Positions 7,547 to 16,023 are shown, numbered from the stretch's first letter. The stretch: DNA of 37,559 nucleotides from Candidatus Aenigmatarchaeota archaeon (GCA_017609145.1 JAFCEM010000001.1:1-37559), one strand, 5' to 3'. A program made the numbers and translations. The notes: generated from the letters alone by a model not told the origin.

Positions 7547-7561
7547 TCCGCGCGAATGCTT
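7547..7561 (-). other. tRNA-Gly intron 1, 15 nt, inside the 5' strand of the anticodon stem (about position 28/29 or 29/30)
   Basis: The 5' stem strand TCACC pairs with GGTGG only after AAGCATTCGCGCGGA is removed. The boundary can slide by 1 nt because of flanking A residues. I could not draw a clean BHB. Confidence 0.6.
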
Positions 7562-7589
7562 GACGTCCTACCGCTAGACTATCGGCGCA

Positions 7590-7718
7590 TTAGGCTTCTT
7601 CGCCTTTTTTCAGTTTCTTTACGTTAGTGCTCCTGCATTTGGGACAAAGCCTCGTCGCCGGCTCCATGAAAATGGGCTTTCCAACCCATCCGCAGTTCTC
7701 GCACTTGTATTTTGCCAT
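7590..7718 (-). CDS. Small zinc-ribbon protein (CxxC...CxxC), 42 aa
   Basis: Too short for the ORF track. Reverse-strand ATG at 7716-7718 and TAA at 7590-7592: MAKYKCENCGWVGKPIFMEPATRLCPKCRSTNVKKLKKGEEA. There are two CxxC knuckles, and the gene fits exactly between SRP54 and tRNA-Gly. Confidence 0.5.
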   Translation of the reverse strand: MAKYKCENCGWVGKPIFMEPATRLCPKCRSTNVKKLKKGEEA

Positions 7719-7736
7719 ATACTAATAAGAAAAACT

Positions 7737-7749
7737 GATATATTTAAAT
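7737..7749 (-). promoter_or_regulatory. TATA-box candidate for a leaderless zinc-ribbon mRNA
   Basis: On the reverse strand, TTTAAATATATC is centred about 26 nt upstream of the ATG at 7718 and lies immediately after the SRP54 stop. Confidence 0.4.
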
Positions 7750-9093
7750 CTAAATCCCGCTCAGGCCGAAATGCTTTGCCAATTTTGCAAGCGGCCCACG
7801 CCTGAAGCCCTTTCCGCCCTTCGTGAGCTTCATTACCTTCTGCATCTGCTTGTAGTATTTGAGCAGCTCACGCACAGCAGACTCTGACGTGCCAGAGCCT
7901 CTGGCTATTCGCTTGACCCTGCCTGCTTTTATTATCTCTGGAGTCTCCCTCTCTTTCGGTGTCATGCTATCGATTATGTACTTCCATTTCTTCATCTTGT
8001 CTTCTTGGACATCGAGGAGCCCCTTGGGTATCTTCATACCCGAAACACCCGGTATCATGTCCATAACCTTGGACAGCGAGCCCATCTTCTGCATTGAGCC
8101 AATCTGCTCCTGGAAATCAACCATTGTGAACTTGCCCTCAAGAAGCCGTTTTGCCTTGTCTTCGTCCGGCTCTATGCCAGCGCTCTTTGCCTTCTCAAGG
8201 AGCCCCTGCAGGTCGCCGTACCCTATCATCCTTGAAACGAACCTTTTCGGGTCATAGCTTTCCATATCCTCGGGCTTCTCGCCCGTTCCGATGAACTTGA
8301 CTGTTGCGCCTGAAACACTCGCTGCTGCAAGCGCGCCGCCACCTCTTGCCGTGCCGTCGAGTTTGGTAACAACGATGCCTGTTATGCCGACAAGCTTGTT
8401 GAACTCCTCTGCCTGCTTTCTGGCTGTCTGGCCTATGTCTGCCGGAATCACAAGTAGCACCTCGTCAGGCTTGATTACCTTCCCGAGATTCTTCAGCTCC
8501 CTAGCAAGCTCTTTATCCAGAGCATCTCTTCCTGCGGAATCGAAAATCAGAACCTCTTCCTTTGCATCGCGTAGCGCATTCTTTGCTATGTCCTCGGGCT
8601 TCCTGCCCTTTACGTAAACATTCACACCAACCTTCCTCCCGACCTGCTTAAGCTGTGCCTGGGCGGCTGCCCTGTGGGTGTCGCATGCCACGAGCGCTGG
8701 ATTGACACCTCTTGTCTTGAACCATTTCCCTATCTTCCCTGCACTGGTTGTCTTTCCAGAACCGAAAAGCCCTATGAGCATTACCTTCTGTGGCTTGAGC
8801 GCCACCTCACCCTTGCGGGCTCCAAGGAAACCCACCATCTCATCGTAGAGCATCTTTACGAAATATTCTTTCAGTGTAAGCCCTGCGGGTGGCTTTGCCC
8901 CAAGTATTTTCTTCTTTATCTTCTCTGACAGCTCGGCAACCATCTCCACATCCACGTCTGCCTGAAGAAGTACCCTCTGCAGGTCTTTTACTATGGTCTC
9001 GACCGCCTTCCTGTCGACCACGCTAAGACCCGCTATCTTCCTGAATGTCTGCTTTAGTGATTTTCCAAAGTCCATGTAATCTTTATGTAGCAT
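7750..9093 (-). CDS. srp54: Signal recognition particle protein SRP54
   Basis: 447 aa. It has an N domain, the G domain GLFGSGKTTSAGK...DTHRAAA...DSAGR...TKLDG, and a Met-rich M domain (SMQKMGSLSKVMDMIPG). The second Met (ATG at 9075, MDFGKSL...) gives a more canonical N-terminus and lies about 24 nt from a TTTATTTAAA box at 9094-9103. Confidence 0.93.
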   Translation of the reverse strand: MLHKDYMDFGKSLKQTFRKIAGLSVVDRKAVETIVKDLQRVLLQADVDVEMVAELSEKIKKKILGAKPPAGLTLKEYFVKMLYDEMVGFLGARKGEVALKPQKVMLIGLFGSGKTTSAGKIGKWFKTRGVNPALVACDTHRAAAQAQLKQVGRKVGVNVYVKGRKPEDIAKNALRDAKEEVLIFDSAGRDALDKELARELKNLGKVIKPDEVLLVIPADIGQTARKQAEEFNKLVGITGIVVTKLDGTARGGGALAAASVSGATVKFIGTGEKPEDMESYDPKRFVSRMIGYGDLQGLLEKAKSAGIEPDEDKAKRLLEGKFTMVDFQEQIGSMQKMGSLSKVMDMIPGVSGMKIPKGLLDVQEDKMKKWKYIIDSMTPKERETPEIIKAGRVKRIARGSGTSESAVRELLKYYKQMQKVMKLTKGGKGFRRGPLAKLAKHFGLSGI

Positions 9094-9396
9094 TTAAATA
9101 AAACATTGACACCTTGCGGAATTTGCTTAATATACAGCGAAAACAATATCATATTATGAGCATAGGCATCATATCCCAGAAACTGGGTTCTGAAAGAAAA
9201 TACATCACGAATTCTCTTGAAAAAAGAAATCATCCATACGAATATTACAGTCTCGAAATGTTTATATGAGAGATTTTAATGAACTTCTCAAGCATATGGT
9301 ATTCAACATTGTCGGCTTATCTTCCCCCCTGCAATGATGCTGAAGAGGTCGGGTTGCGCGGTTGCTGATAAGCTTGGACAAACCAGAAAAATGACC

Positions 9397-10179
9397 TCAG
9401 TTTTTTTCCAGCATCCTAAAGCTGCACTCGCCGCCATGCCTGTTTATTTTCTTGACAACTGCGCCAGCGGTTTCCTCAACCAGCATCTTAATCTGTTTGT
9501 AGTTCTTCCCCTCGCCGGACAGCATATATTTCGGTGCTGATATGTATTTTATATTCAGCCCTTCAGGGACGGTCTTTGAAATGACATCCTTTATGACTTT
9601 CACGCCATTTGGAGAGTAGCAAACAAGGCTCAGCTCGGCCTTTGCTGTGTATGTCTTTTCGGCGAACTTCTTCATGGCTGTTTCTGTTATCGGTTTTATC
9701 CATGCCTGGGGTATTCCCTTTGCCTTGAGCAATGCCGGGTTCTTTACCGCCGTCTCAAATAATTTGGTGAGCGAGCCGAAGGCATCTTCTATACTGTTCC
9801 CTATCTCATTGTAGGCCTGCTCAAGGGTCTTTTTCATTGATTTTGCGGAGAGCTCGAGCATCTTCTCCGCCTTTCCTTCCCTCTTGAATTCGTTGAGTTT
9901 CCTGCTCGCGTCCTCCCTGTAGACTCTCTTGACAGACAGCTCTATGTGGTCATCCTCGACCTTCATTACCCTGCACACGACTAGCTGGTTCTCCTTCAGG
10001 AATTCCCTTATGTTCCTTACCCATTTGGACGCAACCTCGGAAACGTGGACCATTCCCTTTTTCCCATACTCCACGAGTTGCACGGAAACTGAGTTGGGAT
10101 AAATCTTCTCCACCCTGCAGATTACAATCTCATTCCTTGAAGGAAGACCCTGCTTTCTCATAGTCGCATCTCTCAACAA
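9397..10179 (-). CDS. eif2a: Translation initiation factor aIF2 alpha subunit
   Basis: 260 aa. It has an N-terminal S1 domain (LPSRNEIVICRVEKI...GMVHVSEVASKWVRNIREFL...VCRVMKVEDDHIELSVKRV) and sits in the conserved archaeal order L44e-S27e-aIF2alpha. Confidence 0.9.
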   Translation of the reverse strand: MLRDATMRKQGLPSRNEIVICRVEKIYPNSVSVQLVEYGKKGMVHVSEVASKWVRNIREFLKENQLVVCRVMKVEDDHIELSVKRVYREDASRKLNEFKREGKAEKMLELSAKSMKKTLEQAYNEIGNSIEDAFGSLTKLFETAVKNPALLKAKGIPQAWIKPITETAMKKFAEKTYTAKAELSLVCYSPNGVKVIKDVISKTVPEGLNIKYISAPKYMLSGEGKNYKQIKMLVEETAGAVVKKINRHGGECSFRMLEKN

Positions 10180-10201
10180 TAACCGGCAAATCTGGAAGCC
10201 T

Positions 10202-10369
10202 TTATTTCACGGCACCGAGAATCTTGCACCTGAAATTGCCTTTTCCTCCGGTGGGTTCTGCAAGAATCTCGCCGCACTTCAGGCACCTGATATCGCCTGC
10301 GGGCTTCTCAAAAACCACCTGCTCATTTTTGCACTTTTCGCACTTGACGCGAAGGAATTTTCCCGGCAT
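10202..10369 (-). CDS. rps27e: 30S ribosomal protein S27e
   Basis: Too short for the ORF track. The reverse-strand translation is [55 protein letters not shown] (55 aa), with the CxxC...CxxC zinc ribbon typical of S27e. It lies directly downstream of L44e. Confidence 0.85.
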   Translation of the reverse strand: MPGKFLRVKCEKCKNEQVVFEKPAGDIRCLKCGEILAEPTGGKGNFRCKILGAVK

Positions 10370-10384
10370 TTTAATCCACCTTAA

Positions 10385-10672
10385 TCATACCAACTCAAAC
10401 TTCTTAATCCTGAACCCTTTCTTTGTGTGTTTCTTTCCGCATTCGACGCATTCCAGCCGCAGGTCAACCTGTTGCGTCGGTTTTTTGGGCACAGCAGGCT
10501 TTGAATACTTCCCATGTCCGCCGTAACCGGCTTTGTGTCTCTTCTTCTGCCTGTTGCTTTTGGAGTTCGGGTGCGCCGAACCCCTAGTCTTCTGCTTCAC
10601 CGGCTTGACCTTGTGCTCCGTATGCTTCCTGCACTTGGGGCAAAAGGTTCTCGTGACCTTCGGGTATTTCAT
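10385..10672 (-). CDS. rpl44e: 50S ribosomal protein L44e
   Basis: 95 aa. MKYPKVTRTFCPKCRKHTEHKV...GYGGHGK...LECVECGKKHTKKGFRIKKFELV is the classic L44e zinc-ribbon sequence. Confidence 0.92.
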   Translation of the reverse strand: MKYPKVTRTFCPKCRKHTEHKVKPVKQKTRGSAHPNSKSNRQKKRHKAGYGGHGKYSKPAVPKKPTQQVDLRLECVECGKKHTKKGFRIKKFELV

Positions 10673-10746
10673 AGATGCTCCTGCTGGTACTATTGCTTCG
10701 TGTTATCTTTTTGAATAATTAGCTTTTATAAGTTTAAGCGTTGTTC

Positions 10747-11298
10747 CTATATTTTCATTCGCTTCGCGGCTCCCTTCTCTTCCAGAACCTTCGAAACGTC
10801 TTCCGGGAGCGTTACTATCTCGCCCTTCTTGAACGGGCCGTATTTCTTGAGATTCGTGCCCATGAATTCCGGGACGTCCTCAAGCAAGGCAATGTTCTCT
10901 GTCCTCTCCTCCCTGCCTTCAAGAACCAGCTTTCTTTTCTCCTGGAATTCTTTTATGTTGGTGGAAACCGCATTGAACAACTCCTTCTCTTCGGGTGTCA
11001 TGTTCTCCGGTTCCGTGCCCGAGCGTAGGGAATAAACCGCAAGGTTAAGAATCTTCCTTTCCCTCATGTCAAGCAGGTCCTGAAGTACGCGCTTGGCAGA
11101 GGCCAGTTCCCATGCATCCTCTTTGGTGTCTGCAATCTTTGCCTTGTGGCTAAGATATTCCTTAATCCTGTTGAAGAAATCGTCCGGGAGGGCAACGAGC
11201 TTCTGTGTGGTCCGCTCCTCACCCACTATCCTCCGTATTGCTTCATAAGTAAGCATTTCCTTCACCATCCAACCTTTAACGGGGCCTGATATATTCAA
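10747..11298 (-). CDS. GINS complex subunit (Gins51/Gins15-type)
   Basis: 183 aa. LTYEAIRRIVGEERTTQKLVALPDDFFNRIKEYL... has the A-domain pattern, and the C-terminal B domain is YGPFKKGEIVTLPEDVSKVLEEKGAAK. It lies immediately downstream of the primase gene, a conserved archaeal pairing. The true start may be the internal Met before LTYEA. Confidence 0.72.
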   Translation of the reverse strand: MNISGPVKGWMVKEMLTYEAIRRIVGEERTTQKLVALPDDFFNRIKEYLSHKAKIADTKEDAWELASAKRVLQDLLDMRERKILNLAVYSLRSGTEPENMTPEEKELFNAVSTNIKEFQEKRKLVLEGREERTENIALLEDVPEFMGTNLKKYGPFKKGEIVTLPEDVSKVLEEKGAAKRMKI

Positions 11299-11360
11299 TC
11301 AATACAGTCAGGTATTTTAATTAGAGTTTAGTTATAAGTTTTTTAAGCGGTTATTCGTTT

Positions 11361-12662
11361 TTACCTTTTCATAGATCCAGTTCCCTTTCTTCTTTTGGTG
11401 CTCTTGCCCCTGGCGGCGTCGAGCTTCCTGAGCGGGTAGTTGACAGGATTCTTGATGCCCTTGCACGTTGCATCGGGTTTGCATATACCCACGGCCTTCA
11501 TCCACGCCTGGTTTTCGCAGTTCGGCGGGAGCTTGCTCTCTGTCCTCGCCATGTGCCAGCGCAGATGGGTTCGCAGGTAATTCATGTGAAGCGGCGGCTT
11601 GTTCTTCTGATTCCATTTCGCAACCAGAGATTCTATGTTCTCCCATTTCCATTTCAATGATGACAGATAGTTGATGAGTATGAACATCGCCCTTTTCCTG
11701 CCGTCGGACAGGCCCTCGAGTATCCTCTTTATGCAGGGCGGCGCAAGGTCCAGCGGGACCGCATTCTGAATCGTTATCTTTCTTGCAATCTTCTTTGTTT
11801 CCTCTCGCTGTTTCTTTGCCCACCACTCGACCGATTCTGATATGAGGAATCCGGCCTCGCCCGGCTTTCCATGTTTCAGGTATCCGGCGAATGCCTTTAT
11901 GTTTCCTGGCTTTGCTTTTTCCCTTCTGAAGTCTTCAAGACTTTCCTCAGACAGCGGCATTGACATGAGCCCCGTGGTCCTGTGGAGCGAGTAGGGCATC
12001 CTGAACAGATGCCTTGGTGAAATCAGAACAGGATCTATATCAACAATCTGGAAGGGGTCGAAGTTCTCACCCTTCAGTATCTGGCCTAGCGGCTTTCCAG
12101 CCTGCTCGGCGAGCTGCGCAGGCATGTATTTTTTCAGCAGTTTTTTCTCAAGCTCGGCCCTCATGAAATCCTTTATGTAAAGCCCTATCTGCCTTGCGAG
12201 ATCGGGAAACATCGAAACGCTCTTTTTATAGTCAATACTTTCGGGTATGGATTCCCATGGTATTCCTATATGGAAGCCCGTGCCCCCGGTGAACTTCACC
12301 GATACTGTACTGAGCCCGTGCTTCTTAAGCACCTGCAGAAGAATCATACTCGCTATCTTCCCGTGCTCGGTGTCCTCGCAGTCGATGTCAAGAATGATGT
12401 CCCATCCTATTCTGAGTTTGTCATAGCTTTCCTCTGTTTTTATGGCCATGGGATTGGACCAGCGCTCAAGGGAGCAGTGGAATTCGACAACACCCTTCCT
12501 TACCATTGCAACGATGTCATTGGGATATATCAGGATGTTCGGCCTCGTGCCGAACGAGCCGTTCCTGAAAACCCCTGCGACTTCCCTGTCTTTCGCAGCG
12601 GCCAGTATCGCTGCCTGGACATCCTCCCTGGAGTAATAGGCCAGAATCTCCTTATAATCCAT
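11361..12662 (-). CDS. priS: DNA primase: PriS catalytic domain fused to a PriL C-terminal (Fe-S) like domain
   Basis: 433 aa. AEP motifs are WDIILDIDCED (DxD), FTGGTGFHIGIPW (sGxGxH) and DPVLISPRHLFRMPYSLH. The C-terminal ~130 aa read PPCIKRILEGLSDGRKRAMFILINYL...LPPNCEN...GICKPDATCKG, with four Cys spaced as in the PriL-CTD 4Fe-4S domain. Confidence 0.82.
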   Translation of the reverse strand: MDYKEILAYYSREDVQAAILAAAKDREVAGVFRNGSFGTRPNILIYPNDIVAMVRKGVVEFHCSLERWSNPMAIKTEESYDKLRIGWDIILDIDCEDTEHGKIASMILLQVLKKHGLSTVSVKFTGGTGFHIGIPWESIPESIDYKKSVSMFPDLARQIGLYIKDFMRAELEKKLLKKYMPAQLAEQAGKPLGQILKGENFDPFQIVDIDPVLISPRHLFRMPYSLHRTTGLMSMPLSEESLEDFRREKAKPGNIKAFAGYLKHGKPGEAGFLISESVEWWAKKQREETKKIARKITIQNAVPLDLAPPCIKRILEGLSDGRKRAMFILINYLSSLKWKWENIESLVAKWNQKNKPPLHMNYLRTHLRWHMARTESKLPPNCENQAWMKAVGICKPDATCKGIKNPVNYPLRKLDAARGKSTKRRKGTGSMKR

Positions 12663-12698
12663 GGATAAATCTTGTAGACAAAATTTAAATTACGCAGG

Positions 12699-13004
12699 TT
12701 ATTTTGAGAGCCCCAATACAAAGGAGTAAAGCCCCTTCAGCAGCATTATCACACCCATGTAAAGGAAGAAGCCGAAGACCCAGCCCGCATAGGACATGAA
12801 AAGGAATACGCACGCTATCAGGTCAATCACCCCAAGAATTGCAAAGACCGAACCGCCGGATGCGCCTATGGAATACAGGCTCTTTAACAATGCCAGTATG
12901 CCGAGTAACATTATGAAGCCGCTGGCTACCATTGGCATGCCCGGGCTCAGGGCAAGTATAATTCCGACAAGTACATCGAATATACCGAATGCTACCAGGA
13001 ACAT
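12699..13004 (-). CDS. Small integral membrane protein (3-4 TM), function unknown
   Basis: 101 aa, almost entirely hydrophobic segments (FGIFDVLVGIILAL, GFIMLLGILALL, FAILGVIDLIACVFLF, FFLYMGVIMLL). Confidence 0.55.
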   Translation of the reverse strand: MFLVAFGIFDVLVGIILALSPGMPMVASGFIMLLGILALLKSLYSIGASGGSVFAILGVIDLIACVFLFMSYAGWVFGFFLYMGVIMLLKGLYSFVLGLSK

Positions 13005-13037
13005 AAGCTTAATGAAACAAGGTGTTTTAAAAAGGTT

Positions 13038-15737
13038 CTATATCACTTCAATTCCGGGTTTTCCGGGCTCTGCCCTGCGCGCCTTGGCGCTGCCCGATTT
13101 TCCGGCGTCGATTATGTTTACCCTGCAGCCGAGCTGGGACTCGAGGAACTCCCCTGAATCGCTAAGAGCTGCGAATTCCTCACGTGAGCTGAGTATGTCC
13201 CTGAGCTTTGCTGTCTCTGTCTTGAGCATGGACTCGATGAATCCGGCTGCGTGCTTGCCTTCTTTCCTCACTTCAGGGTTCTTCATCAGCGCTGACATCA
13301 GTGTTTTCCTATCCTTTGCCCCGGATTTCTTTATTATTTCCCTGCGTACAGCGTGTTTCCATTCCGGAGCCACATAGATGTTTATTTCCTTAGGTTTCTT
13401 CCCGACCAGTTTTATTATCTCCCTAGTATCTGCAAGCGTCTGCTCCGTCAGCTTCTCTGCCATGTCAAGCTTCCTGTCTATCAGCTTCTCGTTCGCCTTT
13501 GGCCATCTCTCAACAGAGATGAAATCCTTGCCCGTTTTGTTGTAGCCAAGTCTTTCCCACATCTCTTCGGCTATGTGCGGGGTCAGCGGCGACAAAAGCA
13601 GCAATAAAGTTTTTACAGCCTCGTCAAGCGCCTTTCTGTGCGGGTTGCTCAGATATCTTTTGATTCTGCTGGCGAAACCCATGAGCTCTCCCACAGCAAG
13701 ATTGAACCTCAGGTTCTCCATGTGCTCAGTGAATGTCTTTATTGTCCTGTGGATTCTGCTTCTCATCTGCTTGTCAGCCGTCTCCAGAGTGCCCTTCCTT
13801 GCATTCTTCTTCCTGGCTTCATCAACAAGAGCGCAGACCCTGTTCAGGAACTTATGGGCACCGACAACACCCTTGTCGCTCCACTCAAGCTGGCTCTCCG
13901 GGCTTGACACGAAGAGAAGGAACAGCCTTGCCGTATCGATTCCGTACTTCTTTGATATATCCTCCTGCGTCACGATATTACCGAAGCTCTTGCTCATCTT
14001 GTGACCGTCCTTGTAGACAATGCCCTGGTTGAACAGCCTCTGGAAGGGCTCGTCAAAGTCAAGCAGACCCATATCTTTGAGCGCCATTGTGAAGAAGCGT
14101 GCATACATAAGGTGCATGACTGCATGCTCAACTCCGCCTATGTACAGGTCAACAGGCATCCAGCTTTTTACTGCTTTCCTTTCAAATCCCGCAGACTTCT
14201 CTTTTGGTGAGCAGAATCTCAGGAAGTACCAACTTGAGTCAACGAATGTGTCCATGGTGTCGGTCTCCCTTTTTGCCCTGCCACCGCATTTGGGGCATTT
14301 GGTCTCGACGAAGTTCTTCATATCATTCAGTGGGTTGCCGTGGCCGGTGAATTTCACGTTCGTGGGCAGGATTACGGGCAAATCCTTTTCGGGCACGGGT
14401 ACTATGCCGCATTTCTCACAGTAGACAACCGGTATCGGCGTGCCCCAGTACCTCTGCCTTGATATGAGCCAGTCCCTGAGCTTGTACTGAACGGTCTTTT
14501 TCCCGCAGCCCTTCTTCTCAAGGAATCTCGTTATATCGTCAATGGCGTCGATGCTACCCGAGCCGTCGAACTGCCCGGAGTTTATCATTATACCCGGCTC
14601 TGTGAACGCCCTGCTCATGGTCTTCTCGTCAATGTCATAGCTGTGTGGCTTTATGACAAGCCTTATGGGTATCTTGTACTTCTTTGCGAACATGAAGTCC
14701 CTCTGGTCGTGCGCCGGTACTGCGATTATCGCGCCCGTGCCGTATTCAAAAAGCACGAAGTTTGCTATGTATATCGGTATCCTCTCCTTCGTGACGGGAT
14801 TAACTGCATAGCGACCTATGAACATGCCCTCCTTCTCACTATTCTCGGATGTCCTTTCGAATTTCTCCTGCAGCACGACCCTGTTCACAAAGCTCTTTAC
14901 CTTTGCTTCATATTGGGTGCCCTTTATGAGTTCCATGACATCCGGATGCTCGGGCGCATAGACCAGGAATGTTATTCCGAAGAACGTATCAGGTCTCGTA
15001 GTGAAGACCTGCATCTTTTTATCAGAACCCTCAATAGGGAACTCTATTATGGTGCCCTCGCTCCTGCCAATCCAGTTCTCCTGCATGAGTTTGACGTTTT
15101 CGGGCCAGTCAATCTTCTTCAGACCTTTCAGTAGCCTCTCGGCGTACTTGGTTATCTTCAGGAACCACTGCTCAAGATTCTTTATCTCGACAGCGCTTCC
15201 GCACCTCCAGCACTTCCCCTTCTCAACCTGCTCGTTTGCGAGCACTGTCCTGCATTTTGGGCACCAGTTCACGGGCGCGAGCTTCTTGTACGCGAGCCCC
15301 TTCTTCAGCATCCGCAGGAAGAACCACTGGTTCCATCTGTAATACTCCGGATAGCACGTGGATATTTCCCTGCTCCAGTCGTAACTAAGCCCCAGCGCTT
15401 TTTGGTTCTTCTTTATACCCGCAATTGCCTTCTCGGTGTAAGCCTTTGGGTGGGTCTTGTTCTTTATTGCGGCGTTTTCCGCGGGCAACCCGAATGCATC
15501 GTAGCCCATTGGGTAGAGAACATTGAATCCCTGCATCCTCCTGAAGCGCGCGAAGCTGTCGCCCATGGCATAGTTGCGCACGTGTCCCATGTGCAGCCCG
15601 CTCGCGGAAGGGTATGGGAACATCTCGAGAACGTAGCATTTTTTCTTCTTCACACTTTCATTTGCGCGGAAGATTCCTGCCTTTTCCCACCTCTCCTGCC
15701 ATTTCTTCTCCATCTTGCCAAAATCAGTTCCTTTCAT
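13038..15737 (-). CDS. leuS: Leucyl-tRNA synthetase, bacterial-type architecture
   Basis: 899 aa with the HMGH and KMSKS class I motifs. The N-terminal ~230 aa are collinear with my memory of E. coli LeuS: FPYPS..GLHMGHVRNY, YDAFGLPAE, SYDWSREI, PEYYRWNQWFF, VNWCP...TVLANEQV, CWRC, QWFLKIT.YA, NWIGRSEG. Confidence 0.92.
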   Translation of the reverse strand: MKGTDFGKMEKKWQERWEKAGIFRANESVKKKKCYVLEMFPYPSASGLHMGHVRNYAMGDSFARFRRMQGFNVLYPMGYDAFGLPAENAAIKNKTHPKAYTEKAIAGIKKNQKALGLSYDWSREISTCYPEYYRWNQWFFLRMLKKGLAYKKLAPVNWCPKCRTVLANEQVEKGKCWRCGSAVEIKNLEQWFLKITKYAERLLKGLKKIDWPENVKLMQENWIGRSEGTIIEFPIEGSDKKMQVFTTRPDTFFGITFLVYAPEHPDVMELIKGTQYEAKVKSFVNRVVLQEKFERTSENSEKEGMFIGRYAVNPVTKERIPIYIANFVLFEYGTGAIIAVPAHDQRDFMFAKKYKIPIRLVIKPHSYDIDEKTMSRAFTEPGIMINSGQFDGSGSIDAIDDITRFLEKKGCGKKTVQYKLRDWLISRQRYWGTPIPVVYCEKCGIVPVPEKDLPVILPTNVKFTGHGNPLNDMKNFVETKCPKCGGRAKRETDTMDTFVDSSWYFLRFCSPKEKSAGFERKAVKSWMPVDLYIGGVEHAVMHLMYARFFTMALKDMGLLDFDEPFQRLFNQGIVYKDGHKMSKSFGNIVTQEDISKKYGIDTARLFLLFVSSPESQLEWSDKGVVGAHKFLNRVCALVDEARKKNARKGTLETADKQMRSRIHRTIKTFTEHMENLRFNLAVGELMGFASRIKRYLSNPHRKALDEAVKTLLLLLSPLTPHIAEEMWERLGYNKTGKDFISVERWPKANEKLIDRKLDMAEKLTEQTLADTREIIKLVGKKPKEINIYVAPEWKHAVRREIIKKSGAKDRKTLMSALMKNPEVRKEGKHAAGFIESMLKTETAKLRDILSSREEFAALSDSGEFLESQLGCRVNIIDAGKSGSAKARRAEPGKPGIEVI

Positions 15738-15774
15738 ACCTATTCATTTTTTGTTTCCATATAGTTAAATTGAT

Positions 15775-16023
15775 TCAAAACCCGTGCTTCTCTGGGGCTT
15801 CGATTGGTACGGTTATATATATCTCATCTATACATATATGCGCAAAGTACGAACCGTTTCTTGATATTATTCCAGTAATTTTTGGGTATGATCCATACTG
15901 AAAGCCTTTGTCAAACACAGGGAATACTATATCGTCCGCTCTGTTTCCGTATTTTCTTATACAATCCTCAGCATCTTCAGGGTATTTGAAAAAGTCCCAG
16001 AAGTCTGGTGTTATTCCACCCAT
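15775..16023 (-). CDS. Hypothetical small protein
   Basis: 82-aa ORF downstream of leuS on the same strand. It is acidic/aromatic with no recognisable domain. Confidence 0.4.
   Translation of the reverse strand: MGGITPDFWDFFKYPEDAEDCIRKYGNRADDIVFPVFDKGFQYGSYPKITGIISRNGSYFAHICIDEIYITVPIEAPEKHGF

Larger units (their letters stand above)
7330..7588 (-). tRNA. tRNA-Gly (anticodon GCC) interrupted by three inserts (15, 18 and 155 nt)
   Basis: Reverse complement begins GCGCCGA-TA-GTCT-AGCGGTA-GGAC-G and ends CCCGG-TCGGCGC-A. Removing the three segments gives a 71-nt cloverleaf: GCGCCGA TA GTCT AGCGGTA GGAC G TCACC CTGCCAC GGTGG AGAC CCGGG TTCGATT CCCGG TCGGCGC A. Its D arm, T arm and CTGCCAC loop resemble archaeal tRNA-Gly as I remember it. 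Confidence 0.8.

Noticed and set aside
9333-9368. Box C/D-like elements AATGATGC...CTGA...CTGA in the SRP54 / aIF2-alpha spacer.
   Set aside because: The C box is imperfect (UGAUGC). The C-to-D spacing (about 25 nt) is too short for a two-guide archaeal sRNA, and there are no C'/D' boxes or terminal stem.
9094-9396. 303-nt AT-rich spacer upstream of SRP54 containing a 37-codon ORF (MSIGIISQKLGSERKYITNSLEKRNHPYEYYSLEMFI).
   Set aside because: There is no SD or TATA in a convincing position, no recognisable motif and AT-rich composition. It is most simply explained as promoter or spacer DNA.
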